Below, one piece after another: positions 1-13,325 of a DNA stretch of 64,000 bases. Numbering within the stretch: position 1 is the stretch's first letter; each line of letters starts with the position of its first letter. This DNA comes from Mobula hypostoma (Eukaryota), in assembly GCF_963921235.1 (NCBI RefSeq), contig NC_086101.1:7752001-7816000 (forward strand). Direction: 5' to 3'. A program made the translations under genes and the position numbers. The notes beneath the pieces were generated by a model that had not been told where the DNA came from, did no database searches, and saw nothing but the letters and a program-made list of their open reading frames with translations.

Positions 1-1820
1 ATAATCCAAGGAGCTTTTACAGGTATATTAAGAGTAAAAGGATTGTAAGGGATAAAGTTGGTCCTCTTGAAGATAAGAGTGGTTGGCTATGTGTGGAACC
101 AAAAGAAATGGGGGAGATCTTAAATGGCTTTTTGCGTCTGTATTTACTAAGGAAACTGGCATGAAGTCTATGGAATTGAGGGAATCAAGTAGTGAGATCA
201 TGGAAACTGTACAGATTGAAAAGGAGGAGGTGCTTGCTATCTTGAGGCAAATTAAAATGGATAAATCCCCAGGACCTGACAGGGTATTCCCCTCGGACCT
301 TGAAGGAGACTAGTGTTGAAATTGCAGGCACCCTGGCAGATATATTTAAAATGTTGGTGTCTACGGGTGAGGTGCCGGAGGATTGGAGAATGGCTCATGT
401 TGTTCCGTTGTTTGAAAAAGGATCGAAAAGTAATTTGGGAATTATAGGCCGGTAAGTTTGACGTCGGTAATGGGTAAGTTATTGGAGGGAGTACTGAGAG
501 ACAGAATCTACAAGCATTTGGATAGACAGGGACTTATCAGGGAGAGTCAACATGGCTTTGTGCATGGAAGGTCATGTTTGACCAATCTATTGAAGTTTTT
601 CAAGGAGGTTACCAGGAAAGTGGGTGAAGGGAAGGCAGTGGATGTTGTCTACATGGACTTCAGTAAGGCCTTTGACAAGGTCCCGCATGGGAGGTTAGTT
701 AGGAAAATTCAGTTGCTAGGTATACATGGAGAAGTGGTAAATTGGATTAGACATTGGCTCAATGGAAGAAGCCAAAGAGTGGTAGAGAGAATTGCTTCTC
801 AGAGTGGAGGCCTGTGACTAGTGGTGTGCCACAGGGATCAGTGCTGGATCCATTGTTATTTGTCATCTATATCAATGATCTGGATGATTATGTGGTAAAC
901 TGGATCAGCAAATTTGCTGATGATACAAAGATTGGAGGTGCAGTGGACAGTGAGGAAGGTTTTCAAAGCTTGCAGAGGGATTTGGACCAGATGGAAAAAT
1001 GGGCTGAAAAATGGCAGATGGAGTTTAATACAGACAAGTGTGAGGTATTGCACTTTGGAAGGACAAACCAAGATAGAACGTACAGGGTAAATGGTAAGGC
1101 ACTGAGGAGTGGAGTGGAACAGAGGGATCTGGGAATACAGATACAAAATTCCCTAAAAATGGCGTCACAGGTAGATAGGGTGATAAAAAGAGCTTTTGGT
1201 ACATTGGCCTTTATTAATCAACGTATTGAGTATAAGAGCTGGAATGTTATGATGAGGTTGTATAAGGCATTGGTGAGGCTGAATCTGGAGTATTGTGTTC
1301 AGTTTTGGTCATCAAATTACAGGAAGGATATTAATAAGGTTGAAAGAGTGCAGAGAAGGTTTACAAAGATGTTGCCGGGACTTGAGAAACGCAGTTACAG
1401 AGAAAGGTTGAATAGGTTAGGACTTTATTCCCTGGAGCGTAGAAGAATGAGGGGAGATTTGATAGAGGTATATAAAACTATGATGGGTATAGATAGAGTG
1501 AATGCAAGCAGGCTTTTTCCACTGAGGCAAGGGGAGAAAAAAACCAGAGGACATGGGTTAAGGGTGAGGGGGGAAAAGTTTAACGGGAACATTAGGGGGG
1601 GTTTCTTCACACAGAGAGTGGTGGGAGTGGAGGTGGTAAATGCGGGTTCTTTTTTAACATTTAAGAATAAATTGGACAGATACATGGATGGGAGGTGTAT
1701 GGAGGGATATGGTCCATGTGTAGGTCAGTGGGACTAGGCAGAAAATGGTTCGGCACAGCCAAGAAGGGCCAAAAGGCCTGTTTCTGTGCTATAGTTTTTC
1801 TATGGTTTTCTGTGGTTTCT
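1..1820 (+). mobile_element. CR1 LINE, ORF2 3' part (RT domain to 3' tail), frameshifted
   Basis: ORFs 83-313, 458-817 and 754-1737 give [37 protein letters not shown] and LEYCVQFW motifs; the tail has short repeats (ttttctatgg/ttttctgtgg). Confidence 0.95.
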
Positions 1821-2146
1821 AATATAGTGTCAAAGTCACAGAGGATTCACAATGCAGGTGGACAAACAACAGAGGAACAGAAGCTGTCCTCAAGTCTGGT
1901 GGTGTGTGCTCCCAACCTTTTGCATCTTCAGCCTGGTTGTAGGAGAGAGAAGACAGAGTAACTCGGGTTCGGTTGGGAAGTACTGCCATTGGTTTATTAT
2001 TGTCTTGTACACCGTTCATGCAGATCAGATCATTACACAGTGCATTGGGCTGGAAGGTGGTAAAACAATACCAATGTAAAAAGTGTCAAAGTTACAGAAA
2101 GAGTCCAGAGCAGGCAAACGATAAAGTGGAAGATCAAGAAGATCAT

Positions 2147-2995
2147 AAGAATGGTAGGGTGAAAGAACCATGGGTGACAAGTGAGGTGGAAAATCTAGTC
2201 AGGTGGAAGAAGGCAGCATACATGAGGTTTAGAAAGCAAGTATCAGATGGGTCTATTGAGGAATATAGGGAAGCGAGAAAGGAGCTTCCCTACAAGTTGG
2301 GTCTTTATTCTTTCGAAGGTAGAAGGTTGAGGGTGGACTTGATAGAGGTATTTAAAATTATGAGAGGGATAGGTAGATTTGACGTGGATAGGCTTTTTCC
2401 ATTGAGTGTGGGGGAGATTCAATAAGAGGACATGAGTTGAGAGTTAAAGGGCAAAAGATTAGGGGTAACATGAGGGGGAACTTCTTTACTCAGAGAGTAG
2501 TGGCTGTGTGGAACGAGCTTCCAGCAGAAGTGGTTGAGGCAGGTTCAATGTTGTCGTTTAAAGTTAAACTAGACAGCTATATGGACAGGGAAGGAACAGA
2601 GGTTTATGGTCTGAGTGTGGGTCGGTGGGACTAGGTGAGAGTAAGAGTTCGGCACGGACGAGAAGGGCTGAGATGGTCTGTTTCCATGCTGTAATTGTTA
2701 TATGGTTATATGGAGCTTAAGAAGGGGCTGAGAAGAGCAAGAAGGGGGCATGAGAAGGCCTTAGCTAGTAGGGTAAAGGAAAACCCCAAGGCATTCTTCA
2801 ATTATGTAAAGAACAAAAGGACGACAGGAGTGAAGGTAGCACCGATTAGAGATAAAGGTGGGAAGATGTGCCTGGAGGCTGCGGAAGTGAGCGAGGTCCT
2901 CAATAAATACTTCTCTTTGGTATTCACCAATGAGAGGGAACTTGATGAAAGTGAGGACAATATGAGTGAGGTTGATGTTCTGGAGCATGTTGATA
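2147..2995 (+). mobile_element. CR1 ORF2 internal fragment, same subfamily as 2996-4634 and 19646-23678; interrupted by 2288-2711
   Basis: KNGRVKEPWVTSEVENLVRWKK...RKEL and ELKKGLRRARRGHEK...EVDVLEHVD match the minus-strand ORF 3054-3989. Confidence 0.9.
2288..2711 (+). mobile_element. 5'-truncated CR1 3' end nested in a CR1, 7-bp TSD GGAGCTT
   Basis: GGAGCTT at 2281-2287 and 2712-2718; LGLYSFEGRRLRVDLIEVFKI and FFTQRVVAVWNELP; tail gttatatggttatat. Confidence 0.9.
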
Positions 2996-4634
2996 CCCAT
3001 GCCTTCTGACTTTCTGTACAAGCTTACCATGTGGAACCTTGTCAAATGCCTTACTAAAATCCATAGATCACATCCACTGCACTACCTTCATCTATATGCC
3101 TGGTCACCTCCTCAAAGAACTCTATCAGGCTTGTTGGACGCAATCTGCCTTTCACAAAGCCATACTGACTGTCACTGATCAGACCATGATTCTCTAAATG
3201 CCCATAGATCCTATCTCTAAGAATCTTTTCCAACAGCTTTCCCACCACAGACGTAAGGCTCACTGGTCTATAATTACCCGGACTATCCTTACTACCTTTT
3301 TTGAACAACTGGACAAGATTCACCTCTCTCCCATCCTCCGGTACCATTCCCGTGGACAACGAGGACATAAAGATCCTAGCCAGAGGCTCAGAAATCTCTT
3401 CTCTCGCCTCATGGAGCAGCTTGGGGAATATTCCGTCAGGCCCCGGGGACTTATCCATCCTAATGTATTTTAACAACTCCAACATCTCCTCTGCCTTAAT
3501 ATCAACATGCTCCAGAACATCAACCTCACTCATATTGTCCTCACTGTCATCAAGTTCCCTCTCATTCGTGAATACCGAAGAGAAGTATTCATTGAGGACC
3601 TCACTCACTTCCACAGCCACCAGGCACATCTTCCCACCTTTATCTCTCATTGGTCCTACCTTCACTCCTGTCATCCTTTTGTTCTTCACAAAATTGAAGA
3701 ATGCCTTGGGGTTTTCCTTTACCCTACTCGCCAAGGCCTTGTCATGCCCCCTTCTTGCTCTTCTCAGCCCCTTCTTAAGCTCCTTTCTTGCTACCCTATG
3801 TTCCTCAATAGACCCATCTGATCCTTGCTTCCTAAACCTCATGTATGCTGCCTTCTTCCACCTGACTAGATTTTCCACCTCACTTGTCACCCATGGTTCC
3901 TTCACCCTACCATTTTTTATCTTCCTCATTGGGACAAATTTATCCCTAACATCCCGCAAGAGATCTCTAAACATCGACCACATGTCCATAGTACATTTCC
4001 CTGCAAAAACATCATCCTAATTCACACCCGCAAGTTCTAGTTCTAGCCTGGTAGCCTCAGAATTTGCCCTTCCCCAATTAAAAATGTTCCTGTCCCCTCT
4101 GATTCTATCCTTTTCCATGATAATGCTGAAGGCCAGGGAGTGGTGGTCACTGTCCCCCAGATGCTCACCCACTGAGAGATCTGTGACCTGACCTGCTTCG
4201 TTACCTAATACTAGATCTAGTATGGCATTCCCCCAGTCGGCCTGGCAACATACCGTGACAGGAATCCGTCTTGGACACACTTAAACTCTGCCCCGTCCAA
4301 ACCCTTGGAACTAATCAAGTGCCAATCAATATTAGGGAAGTTAAAGTCACCCATGATAACAACCCACATCAAAGTCGCTGGCGAACACAGCAGGCCCAGC
4401 CTGAAGTGTTGACTGTACCTCTTCCTAGAGATGCTGCCTGGCCTGCTGCATTTCTCAGCAACTTTGATGTGTTTTGCTTGAATTTCCAGCATCTGCAGAA
4501 TTCCTCGTGTTTTCATGATAACAATCCTGTTATTTTTGCACCTCTCCAAAATCTGCCTCCCAGTCTGCTCCTCGGTATCTCTGCTGCTACCAGGGGGCCT
4601 ATAGAATACTCCCAATAGAGTAACTGCTTCCTTC
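2996..4634 (-). mobile_element. CR1 ORF2 fragment (APE C-terminal part to RT N-terminal part), truncated at both ends
   Basis: ORFs 4217-4666, 4017-4280 and 3054-3989 give GVFYRPP, MGDFNFP, ILDLVL, GDSDH, KSPGPDG and NYRPVSLTS. Confidence 0.93.
4363..4513. mobile_element. Short Penelope-type terminal-repeat insertion inside CR1, 11-bp TSD CATGATAACAA
   Basis: CATGATAACAA at 4352-4362 and 4514-4524. The insert shares gatgctgcctggcctgctg/ttccagcatctgcag with the 19.4, 27.7, 28.3 and 31.5 kb repeats. Confidence 0.7.
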
Positions 4635-4889
4635 CTGCAGCCTTCGTCTCTGCTGAGACAGCCCACAAGGCAGTGCGGCTATTTACGCACAGCTGGGGAT
4701 CTGGTTCACGAGCACCAGGGTGTGTCCACACATTGGCGGGCCTGCGTGCTATGTGTGCCTGACCTCCTCCCTGGCCTCTGCAGTTCAGCCCGAGTCCAAA
4801 AGTTCAGTTTCCATGTCACCAAAATAAATCAATTAAAGCATGTATGTGTATAAAATAGCACAAAAACAGAAATAATATATATTAAAAAG

Positions 4890-5495
4890 TGAGATAGTGT
4901 TAATGGGTACAATGCCCATTTAGGAATCAGATGGCAGAGGGGAAGAAGTTGTTCCTGAATTGCAGAGTGTGTGTCTTCAGGCTTCTGTACCTCCTTCCTG
5001 ACAGTAACGATGAGAAGAGGCCCTATCCTGGGAGACGGAGGGCCTTAGTAATGGACGTCACCTTTCTGAGGCCCTGCTCCTTGAAGGTGTCTTGGGTACG
5101 ACGGAGGCTGGTACTCAAGATGGAGCTGACTAATTTCACAACTTTCTGTAGCTTCTTTCATCCTGTGCAGTCGTTCCCCTCCCCATACCAGACAGTGATG
5201 CCGTCTGTCAGAATGCTCTCCACAATACATCTGTCGAAGTTTGAGTGTTTTTGTTGTCAAACCAAACCTCTTCAAGCTCCTAATGAAATATAACCGCTGT
5301 CTTGCCTCCTTTATAACTACATCGATCAGTTGGAATCAGGTTAGATCCTCAGAGACCTTAACACCCAGGACCTTGAAATTGCTCACTCTCTTCATTTCTG
5401 ATCCCTCTATGAGGAATGGTTCGGATTCCCTTGTCTTACCCTTCCTAAAGTCCACAATCAGCTCCTTCATCTTACCGACATTGAGTGCCAGGCTG
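4890..5495 (-). mobile_element. Rex1/Babar-type non-LTR retrotransposon 3' fragment
   Basis: Minus-strand peptide pieces ILTDGITVWYG, RRYRS and FRNNFFPSAI, the C-terminal region typical of this family. Confidence 0.7.
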
Positions 5496-6276
5496 TGTTA
5501 TGCAAAAAAAAACTCTGACCAAAGAGATAACCATCTATGATAAAAATCAACCAACTAAGTAGCTAGATTAAAGTGGGATGACACCAGCTGCAGAAATACT
5601 AAGAAGCTTCTGCAAAAGTACTGAAAAGCAATTATACTACAATCAGTGCACAATACCTTGAAGAATTACACATATACACTCAGTACAGGAGTGGAACCTG
5701 GTGTCACACTTACTGCTGTAGCCAATCCACTTCATGGTGTGAGATGCTCAAAGACAATCTCTGTATACCACTGCTGTAACGTGTGGGTATTTGAATTGCC
5801 ATTGCCTTCCTGTCAGCTTGAACCACTGCCGGCATTCTCCTGACGCTCCCATTAACGAGGCAATTTCACCCACAGAGCTGCTATTCACTGCATGCTTTCT
5901 GTTTTTCACACCATCCTCTGTAAACTCCCTCACAAATTCCTACAGCTGTACCGTGGAGAACATGTTAACTGGTTGCATCACCATCTGGTATGGGGGAGGG
6001 GGGCTAACACACAGGATCAAAATAAGCTGCAGAGAGTGTCAAACTCGGTCAGCTCCATCACGGGCACTAACCTCTGTGGTGTCCAGGACAACTTCAATGA
6101 GCGATGCCTCAAAAAGGCAGCATCCATCATTAAGGACCTCCTCCACCCAGGTCGTGCCTGATTCTGATTGCTACCGTCAGGCCATCCGATTTCTGAATGG
6201 ACATTGAACCCATGAACACCACCTCACTACTTTTTAAATTTCAATTTTTGCACTACTCAGTTAACTATTCAATATA

Positions 6277-6736
6277 CGAGGGGTGATTGAGAAGTTCGTG
6301 GCCCAAGGTAGAAAGAGAGGTTATTAACTTCAAACTTACTGCATTTTCACTCAAAGGGTTGAACTGCACGTGCATGTAAGGAGAGCTGTATAACTCATCT
6401 CCTTCTATCTGAGGCCACTAACTTAGTAATCACCCCTACTGTGGACCACCTGGAGGTCCAAGATGCTCTCGTTACCTGCACGTGCAGTTCAACTCTTTGA
6501 GTGATAATGTAGAAAGATTGAAGTTAATAACTCATCTCATTCTACCTTAGGCCAGAAACTAATCAATCACCTCTGCTGTGGACCACTTCGACAAAGAAGG
6601 GATCCGTATGCTCCACGACCGCTGGACTAAGTGTGTACATGAAGGAGGGGACTATGTTGAAAAATAAATAAATATGCCAGGTTCTCTAAAATTGACTCTT
6701 TCTACCCTAGGCCATGAACTTATCAATCACCCCTCG
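6277..6736 (+). mobile_element. Non-autonomous mariner-derived element (MITE-like), TA target duplication
   Basis: TIRs cgaggggtgattga(g/t)aagttc(g/a)tggcc flanked by TA; transposase C-terminal remnant FDKEGIRMLHDRWTKCVHEGGDYVEK* at about 6587-6668. Confidence 0.85.
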
Positions 6737-9469
6737 TATACTTACTGTAATGCAGTTCTTTTCTATTATGTATTGTTTTGAATTGCTGCCACGAAGAAAC
6801 AAATTTAATGACATGTGGTAGTGGTATTAAATTGGATTTTGAACCGCAGAGACTGTTGTGCTTGAAAAGATCAGCAGTTTGTGAGATACTCAAACACCCT
6901 ACCAGCACCAACAATCATTTCACATTCACTGAGTCAGCAAAGTCACTGGGATCATCCCCAGTCTGAATAACAACCGAACCTCGTGACCATGTCCACATGC
7001 TTTTACGCATTGAGTTGCAACCACATGATTGGTTGATAAGATATTTGCATTAACGAGCAGGTGTACAGAAGTATCTAATAAAGTGGTCACTGAATCTCTT
7101 GCTTACAGACAATTATATAAAAATACTAATATAGGAAAGTTAAACTGCAAAGAAAAATAACAATTCTACAGCCTAATCCAACAAGCCAAAGCATCACACA
7201 GCAAGCAGTGACAGCTGTGGTCACACTATTGTTTTGCAAACTTCAAACATTTTATTACTTTACTTGCTTTTACTAGGAGGCAATAAACGATACATTCTGG
7301 ACAATCTTATCAGGCTGTGATGCTGTTTTAGGGGTCACTCAGTCCAAATTGTGATTGTTTTTTTTCTGTACTCTGTTATCTGCAGATTATCATGTTTTTG
7401 TAATAAACATAACCTCATACCTCTCTGGAGTGAATCCCATTCGTCAGATTTCTGCCCAGCTCAGCAGACCACTGACATACCCTCACAGTTATCAGGAAGA
7501 AAACTGTATGACCAGATTTGGTACAGATTGCAAACTCCTTAGTGAGGTCGAAAATTTCATCATCATGCATGGATGGATGCACCATTAAAAGCAATGGACT
7601 CAGCACTAAACCTCATGACCAACAGCCTTGTAACTACAAAAACTCAAGGGACTCAGCACTAAACCTTACAACCAACGGCCTTGCAACTAAGACTCCCCTT
7701 GTCCAGCCTATTCAATGGCCCCCGTTTAGTGAGATTGCAAATAACACATGACCTCGGTAACATTTTCCTGTGATTCTCAACGTATATTAATGACAGAGTC
7801 TCCACAAGCCTCTTGCATCAAGTATTCTAAAACCTGGGTGAGGAAATATCTCACAGAGCAAAACACTGTGGATGAATGATTCTGTTGTATTTCTGTATTT
7901 TTCTGTAAATGCCCACAAGCAAATGAATATGATGGTGGCATATGGTAACATGATAGTAAATTACTTCAAACTGTTAAACTTTGGACAAAAATTCTTCAGT
8001 CCAACCCTGGCGTGCACGACCCTGGTGCTCGCCAGCTAATCCCAATTTCCTGCATTCGGCCCATATCCGTCAAGTCCTGCCCCTCCACCTACTGTCCAAG
8101 TGCTTTTTCAGTGGCATTGTTACCTGCCCCAAACACTCCCCCTGGCAGCTCGTTCCATACACTCACATCCCAGTCCTGTATGGCCAGCCCCTGATGTGGG
8201 CACAGCCGGAGGAAACAACCACCCCATCTCTACTCTGTTAAGCCCCATCCAAAACTCATGCACTTCATTAAGATCTCCGGAACTGAAGAACGTTGGCCCC
8301 ATTTGCTAAATCTCCCCTCAAACTTGCCAAGCCCGTCGCCAGCACAGTTCGGCCTCAAAGTCACCTACACTCAGCGGCCACTTTATTAGGTACCCCTGCT
8401 CCTGTGGCAGCAGCTCAATGTGTAAAAGCATGCAGGAGTGGCCAGAAACAGGTTTAATGCCACCAACACACGTCAGGAGATTTGTTAACTTTACAGCAGT
8501 ACAGTAAAAGACATGATAAATAGAGAAAAACTATGGTAGTATGTATATCTGTATACACACACACACATATAAATTAGTGCCATGAAATAACAGACAGTAC
8601 AGTTGCCTGGATTGGGGAGCATGCCTTGTGAGAATAGGTTGAGTGAACTCAGCCTTTTCTCCTTGGAGCGACGGAGGATGAGAGGAGACCTGACAGAGTG
8701 TACAAGATGATGAGAGGCATTGATCGTGTGGATAGTCAGGGCTGAAATGGTTGCCACAAGACAACACAGGTTTTAAGTGCTGGGGAGTAGGTATGGAGGA
8801 GATGTCAGGGGTAAGTTTTTGACTCAGAGAGTGGTGAGTGCGTGGAATGGGCTGCCGGTAACGGTGGTGGAGGCGGATACGATGGGGTCTTCGGTGAGCC
8901 CTCAGTCAGCGTGAATGCACACAACACCTTCTGTCCGTCGCTCGCAATCCATCTCGAACCAAGGGGTCTCTCAGCAGATCGTATGCTACGATTGGTTCTC
9001 CCCAGTGTCTTCTCTCTCCATCTCCCGCCAAACAAAAAACCCAAGCACAACCTTAGCGTTCCTCACTAGAGAAACCTTCCCAACAATTTGACCATTCGAA
9101 ATGGATGGCACACATTTCTCCTCATCTCTTATCTTCAACAATAACCCAAACAAGCTGAAAACAGAACAGGCTGTCCTGACAGAACTGCCAAAATGAAACA
9201 CATACAGCAGAACAGTAAAAATATGAACCAGGACATTGCATATATATGTCCATTAAATAGTTCAGTTCAAATCAGTAGCCCAAAACAAAAACAGAAATTT
9301 AGAAGGTGGTGAGGTAGTGTTCATGAGTTCAATCCATTTAGAAATCGTATGGAAGAGGGGAAGAAACTGTTCCTGAATAACTGAGTGTGTGCCTTCAGGG
9401 CTCCATACCCCCTGCCTGATGGTAACAATGGGAAGAAGGCATGTCCTGGGTACAGCGCCAAGGGAGTGA

Positions 9470-9880
9470 TGGTCAAGAGGTTCAGTTGCTGTTCAGATCA
9501 GTCATCAGAATAGAGAAGAAATGTGATCTAAGTGACTTTGACCTTGGAGTGCTTGTCAGTGCCAGATGGGGTGTTTGTGCATCTCAGAAACTGCTGATCT
9601 CCAGGGGTGTTCACGCACAACAGTCTCTAGGTTTTACAGAAAATGGTGTAAAAAAAATCCAGAGTGGCCATCATGTGGGCATAAACACTTTATTAATGAG
9701 AGAGGTCAGACTGGTTTAAGTTCACAGGAAGGCGATAGTAACTCAAATAACCACACATTACAAAAACAGTGATGTGCAGAAGAGCATCCTTGAACGCATA
9801 TGTTGAACCTTGAAGACCACAAACATACATTCAGTGGCCACTTTATTGGAGGTAGCAAATAAAGTGGCCATTTAGTGTAT
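9470..9880 (+). mobile_element. Tc1-like DNA transposon remnant; related pieces at about 5700-5930, 6850-7092 and 8368-8450
   Basis: TIR-like cagtggccactttatt motif in both orientations at 9831-9880, also at 8371 and 7075-7092; DLSDFDLG and ISETADL...SRTTVSRFYRKW resemble the Tc1 DNA-binding region. Confidence 0.6.
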
Positions 9881-10759
9881 TCATGCACCATTAGTTATGG
9901 TCCTTCACTGCAGCACATGAGCAACACACACTCACACTCTGTTGGAGGAGCTCAGCAGCGATGGAGAGGAATACGCAGTCTATGCTTTGGGCCAAAACCA
10001 TTTCCTGCAACATCATCTTTTTTCCCGCTTTCCAGACTTGCTACCTGACATGTTGAGTTCAACCAAAAAGCACTGCAGGACCGCACGGTACACTGTTGGT
10101 AGACAACTATTGGATCAGGAAACCATCTGCACTTCACAATGTCTATGGCGGGCTTGTAAATTCGTGACAGACTCATCTGACCACAGCAATCACCTATTCA
10201 ATCTCCTGTTGCCCAGCAGGAGATACAGAAACATCCGCACACAGACATCCAGACTGAGAAACACATGTTCCCCAGGGTTGTCGTGCAACTGAACAATGCA
10301 CCCCACCCACCCACAGCCCATAGGTACCATGGACACCTCCAAGTGCAACACATGGGCATAATTATTCATACTATATTTTATGTACAATCATTGTTTAATT
10401 TAGGTGTCACTCTAAGTAACTCAGACATTATTTTAAAATTTAAATGCTGTCATTGTGTTTTAGTCATTGAATTGCCAGTGTGCAGTTTTGCTCGGAATGG
10501 AGCAGCATTGCAATCTCGTCCTCAGCAACGACAATAAAACTCTAACCCAGTCCCTCCCGCATTTTGTGTGTGTTGCTCTGGATTTGCAGCATTTACAGAA
10601 ATACTTGTGTTTCTTTCTGTAGCACATGATATGCGCCTGCTCTTATCACGAGTCCTTTGGTCACCAAGACATGCAGATGCATCAGAATTATCTGGTCGCG
10701 ACTCTCTAACCAACAGTCATGCTGTTCAGAATACGAGAGGAGACCTCATCCCACAACCA

Positions 10760-11370
10760 TCTGACTCTCTTTGCACCCATGTCTGTAGGGCTAGGCACAG
10801 AGCAAATCCCATCTATAAATTTGCTGACGATACAACTATTGTCAGCAGAACATCAGATGGTGGTGAGGAGACATATTGGAGAGAGACAGATCAGCTGGTA
10901 GAGTGGAGTCACAGCAACAAACTTGCACTCCACATCAGTCAGACCAAAGAATTGATTGTGGACTTCAGAAAGAGTCAGACGAGGGAACACAGTCCTCATC
11001 GAGAGATCAGTAATGGAAAGGGTGAGCAATTTCAAGTTCCTGGAGGTCAGCATCTCCAAGGATCTCCTCTGGCCCCAAAAATATGGCGGGGTGTTGGGGT
11101 ATGCACGGCACAGGATCAAAATAAGCTGCTGGAAGTTGTAAACTCAGTCAGCTCCATCATGGGCACCAGCCTCCGTAGCATCCAGGACATCCTCTTGGAG
11201 CAATGCCTCAAAAAGGTGGCATCCTTCATGAAAGACCTCCATCACCCAGGACATGCCTTCTTCTCATTGCCGCCGTCAGCCTGGAGGTACAGGAGCCTGA
11301 ACACACAAACTCAATGATTCAGGAACAGCTTCTTCCCCTCTGCCATCAGAGTTGTGAATGGACAATAAAC
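10760..11370 (+). mobile_element. Rex1/Babar-type RT remnant (paralog at about 60674-61285)
   Basis: IYKFADDTTIV, TKELIVDFRK and CLKKVASFMKDLHHPGHAFFSLPPSAWRYRSL. Confidence 0.8.
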
Positions 11371-12899
11371 CCATCAACATAAACTCACTACTATTCTTTT
11401 CTTTTTGCACTACTCATTTAATTTTTTAAAATGTATTTACATATACTTCTCACTATAATTTACAGTTTTCATTACATATTGCAATGTACTGTTGGATAAA
11501 CTTCACGTCATAAGACAGTGATTTTAAACCTGATTCTGAACTGAAATGAACAGTCATTCCTACTAACCCTATTTATTTGCTCATCGAAGATCAAAGTAAA
11601 CTTTTTTATCAAAGTACGTATACATCACCATGTACAACCCTGGGATTTTTTTTTCTTGCGGGTATACTCACTAAATCCAATAACCATCATGGAATCAATG
11701 AAAGACAGCACCCAACAGGACGGACAAATAACCCACGTGCAAAAGTCAACGCACTGCGCAAATACAAAAACAAACAATAAATATTGAGAACATGGGATGA
11801 AGAGACCTTGAAAGTGAGTTTATAGCTTGTGGGAACAGTTCAATGATGGGGCGAGTAAAGATATCATCTCTGGTTGAAGAGCCTGCTGGTTGAGGGGCAA
11901 TAACTGTTCCTGAACCTGGTGGTGTGGGTCGTGAGGGTCCTGTACCTTTTTCCTGATGGCAGCAGTGAGAAGAGAGCATGGCCTGGACAATGCTCCTCAA
12001 ACAGAGCTGGAGGGACGGGACTATTGAGGAGGTTGTATAGGTTAGGACTTTATAGTTTGGAGCATAGGGGATCGTACATTGCTGTATAAAATCATGAAGG
12101 ATATAGACAGGGTGAATGAATACAGTTCTTTTCCCAAGATTAGGAAATGAAGAACTGGAGAGTACAGGTTTAAGGTGAGAGGGAAATGATTTAATAGGAA
12201 AGCAGTGGAGAGGGCTGCGGAGTGGGTAGTCCGTATATAGAATGAGCCATTAGAGAAAATGTTTGAGGAGAACACAATATTAACAGTGGTGAGAGTACAC
12301 GGAGGAGACAGAGAGCTGAGTGATATGGTGGCACGGATCTTTCCCCCAAAGTCAGCAAAATTTAAGAGCTAATCATTGACTGTAGGAAGTGGGGAGTGGC
12401 GGTTGTGAGATGGTGCACGTCCTGCTATTTGCAGCGTGTTACAGAGGTCGAGTTCATAGGAGTGAATATCACCAGTAGCCCGTCCTTTCTAACCACACAC
12501 ACCACAGGCAAGAACGCTCATCAGTGCTTCTACTTCCTCAGGCTGCTAGTGAAAGTTGGCTAGTCCCATTTCACCCTCACGCCATTTTTATAAAAGTTGA
12601 TACACCAGAGAAAGCACCTTATCCAATACATTACGGCTTGCTACAGAAACGACTCTGTCCAGGACGGCGAGAAACTGGACAGGTTTGTGGATGCTGCTCA
12701 GCACATCACGGAAAATAGCCTCTCCTCCGAGGACTCTGTCTGCAGTGAACAGAATCAAAGACCCCAACCACCCGAGACATCCGCTCTCCACCCTCTCCCA
12801 TTGCTCTGAAGATACAAAATCCTGAAAGCACGTACTACCAGACCCAAAGACAGCTTCTATCCCTCTGTTATAACTGAACGGTCCCCGAGAACGATAACT

Positions 12900-13325
12900 A
12901 ACTTACTGCCGGTTACGCTGCTGGAGTTTCAGGGCAGCAATGAAGGTCCTGCATCTCCGGCTGTGTCCAGGGCTTCCTTCATCAGGCCAGCAGCTTCCTC
13001 CTGGTTTTCACTACAGTCAGCCCTGCAATCCCGGGTGGAGACTCAGGAATACCGTCACACACAAAGTAGGATTCTTCATTGCTGTTTTCATAACTTCTGT
13101 TTGACAGTCAGGGTTATTAGCCGAACACCTCCCCCCACCCCACAAACTTGGAAGGCCGGTGGATCCCTCTTAGACTGACCTCTACCCTTTGACCTGTTTG
13201 ACATGGGTAACCCTTCCGAGAGCCAAAGCACAAAGCCCTGACTCCAGCCAACATAGCTCTCCGGGTCAATGAGGCACACCGGCCTCCAAACCACGACAAG
13301 GCTGTGGTCCTCTCGGAGGCTAGCA
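12900..13325 (-). mobile_element. Short RTE-derived non-autonomous element (copies at 16625-17035 + and about 62823-63250 -)
   Basis: Shares gagagctatg..ggctggagtcagggc..cccatg.caaacaggtcaaagggtagagg at the 5' end and ccttcattgctgccctgaa..cagc..gtaac.ggcagtaagt at the 3' end with the 16.6-kb copy. RTE assignment is from recalled family 5'/3' motifs. Confidence 0.6.

Noticed and set aside
7415..7606. Minus-strand ORF with an apparent GTATG donor as exon 2 of the CpG-island gene
   Set aside because: Another frame reads SWAEI*RMGFTPERYEVM, a decayed CR1 RT motif (WAEKWQMEFNPEKCEV).
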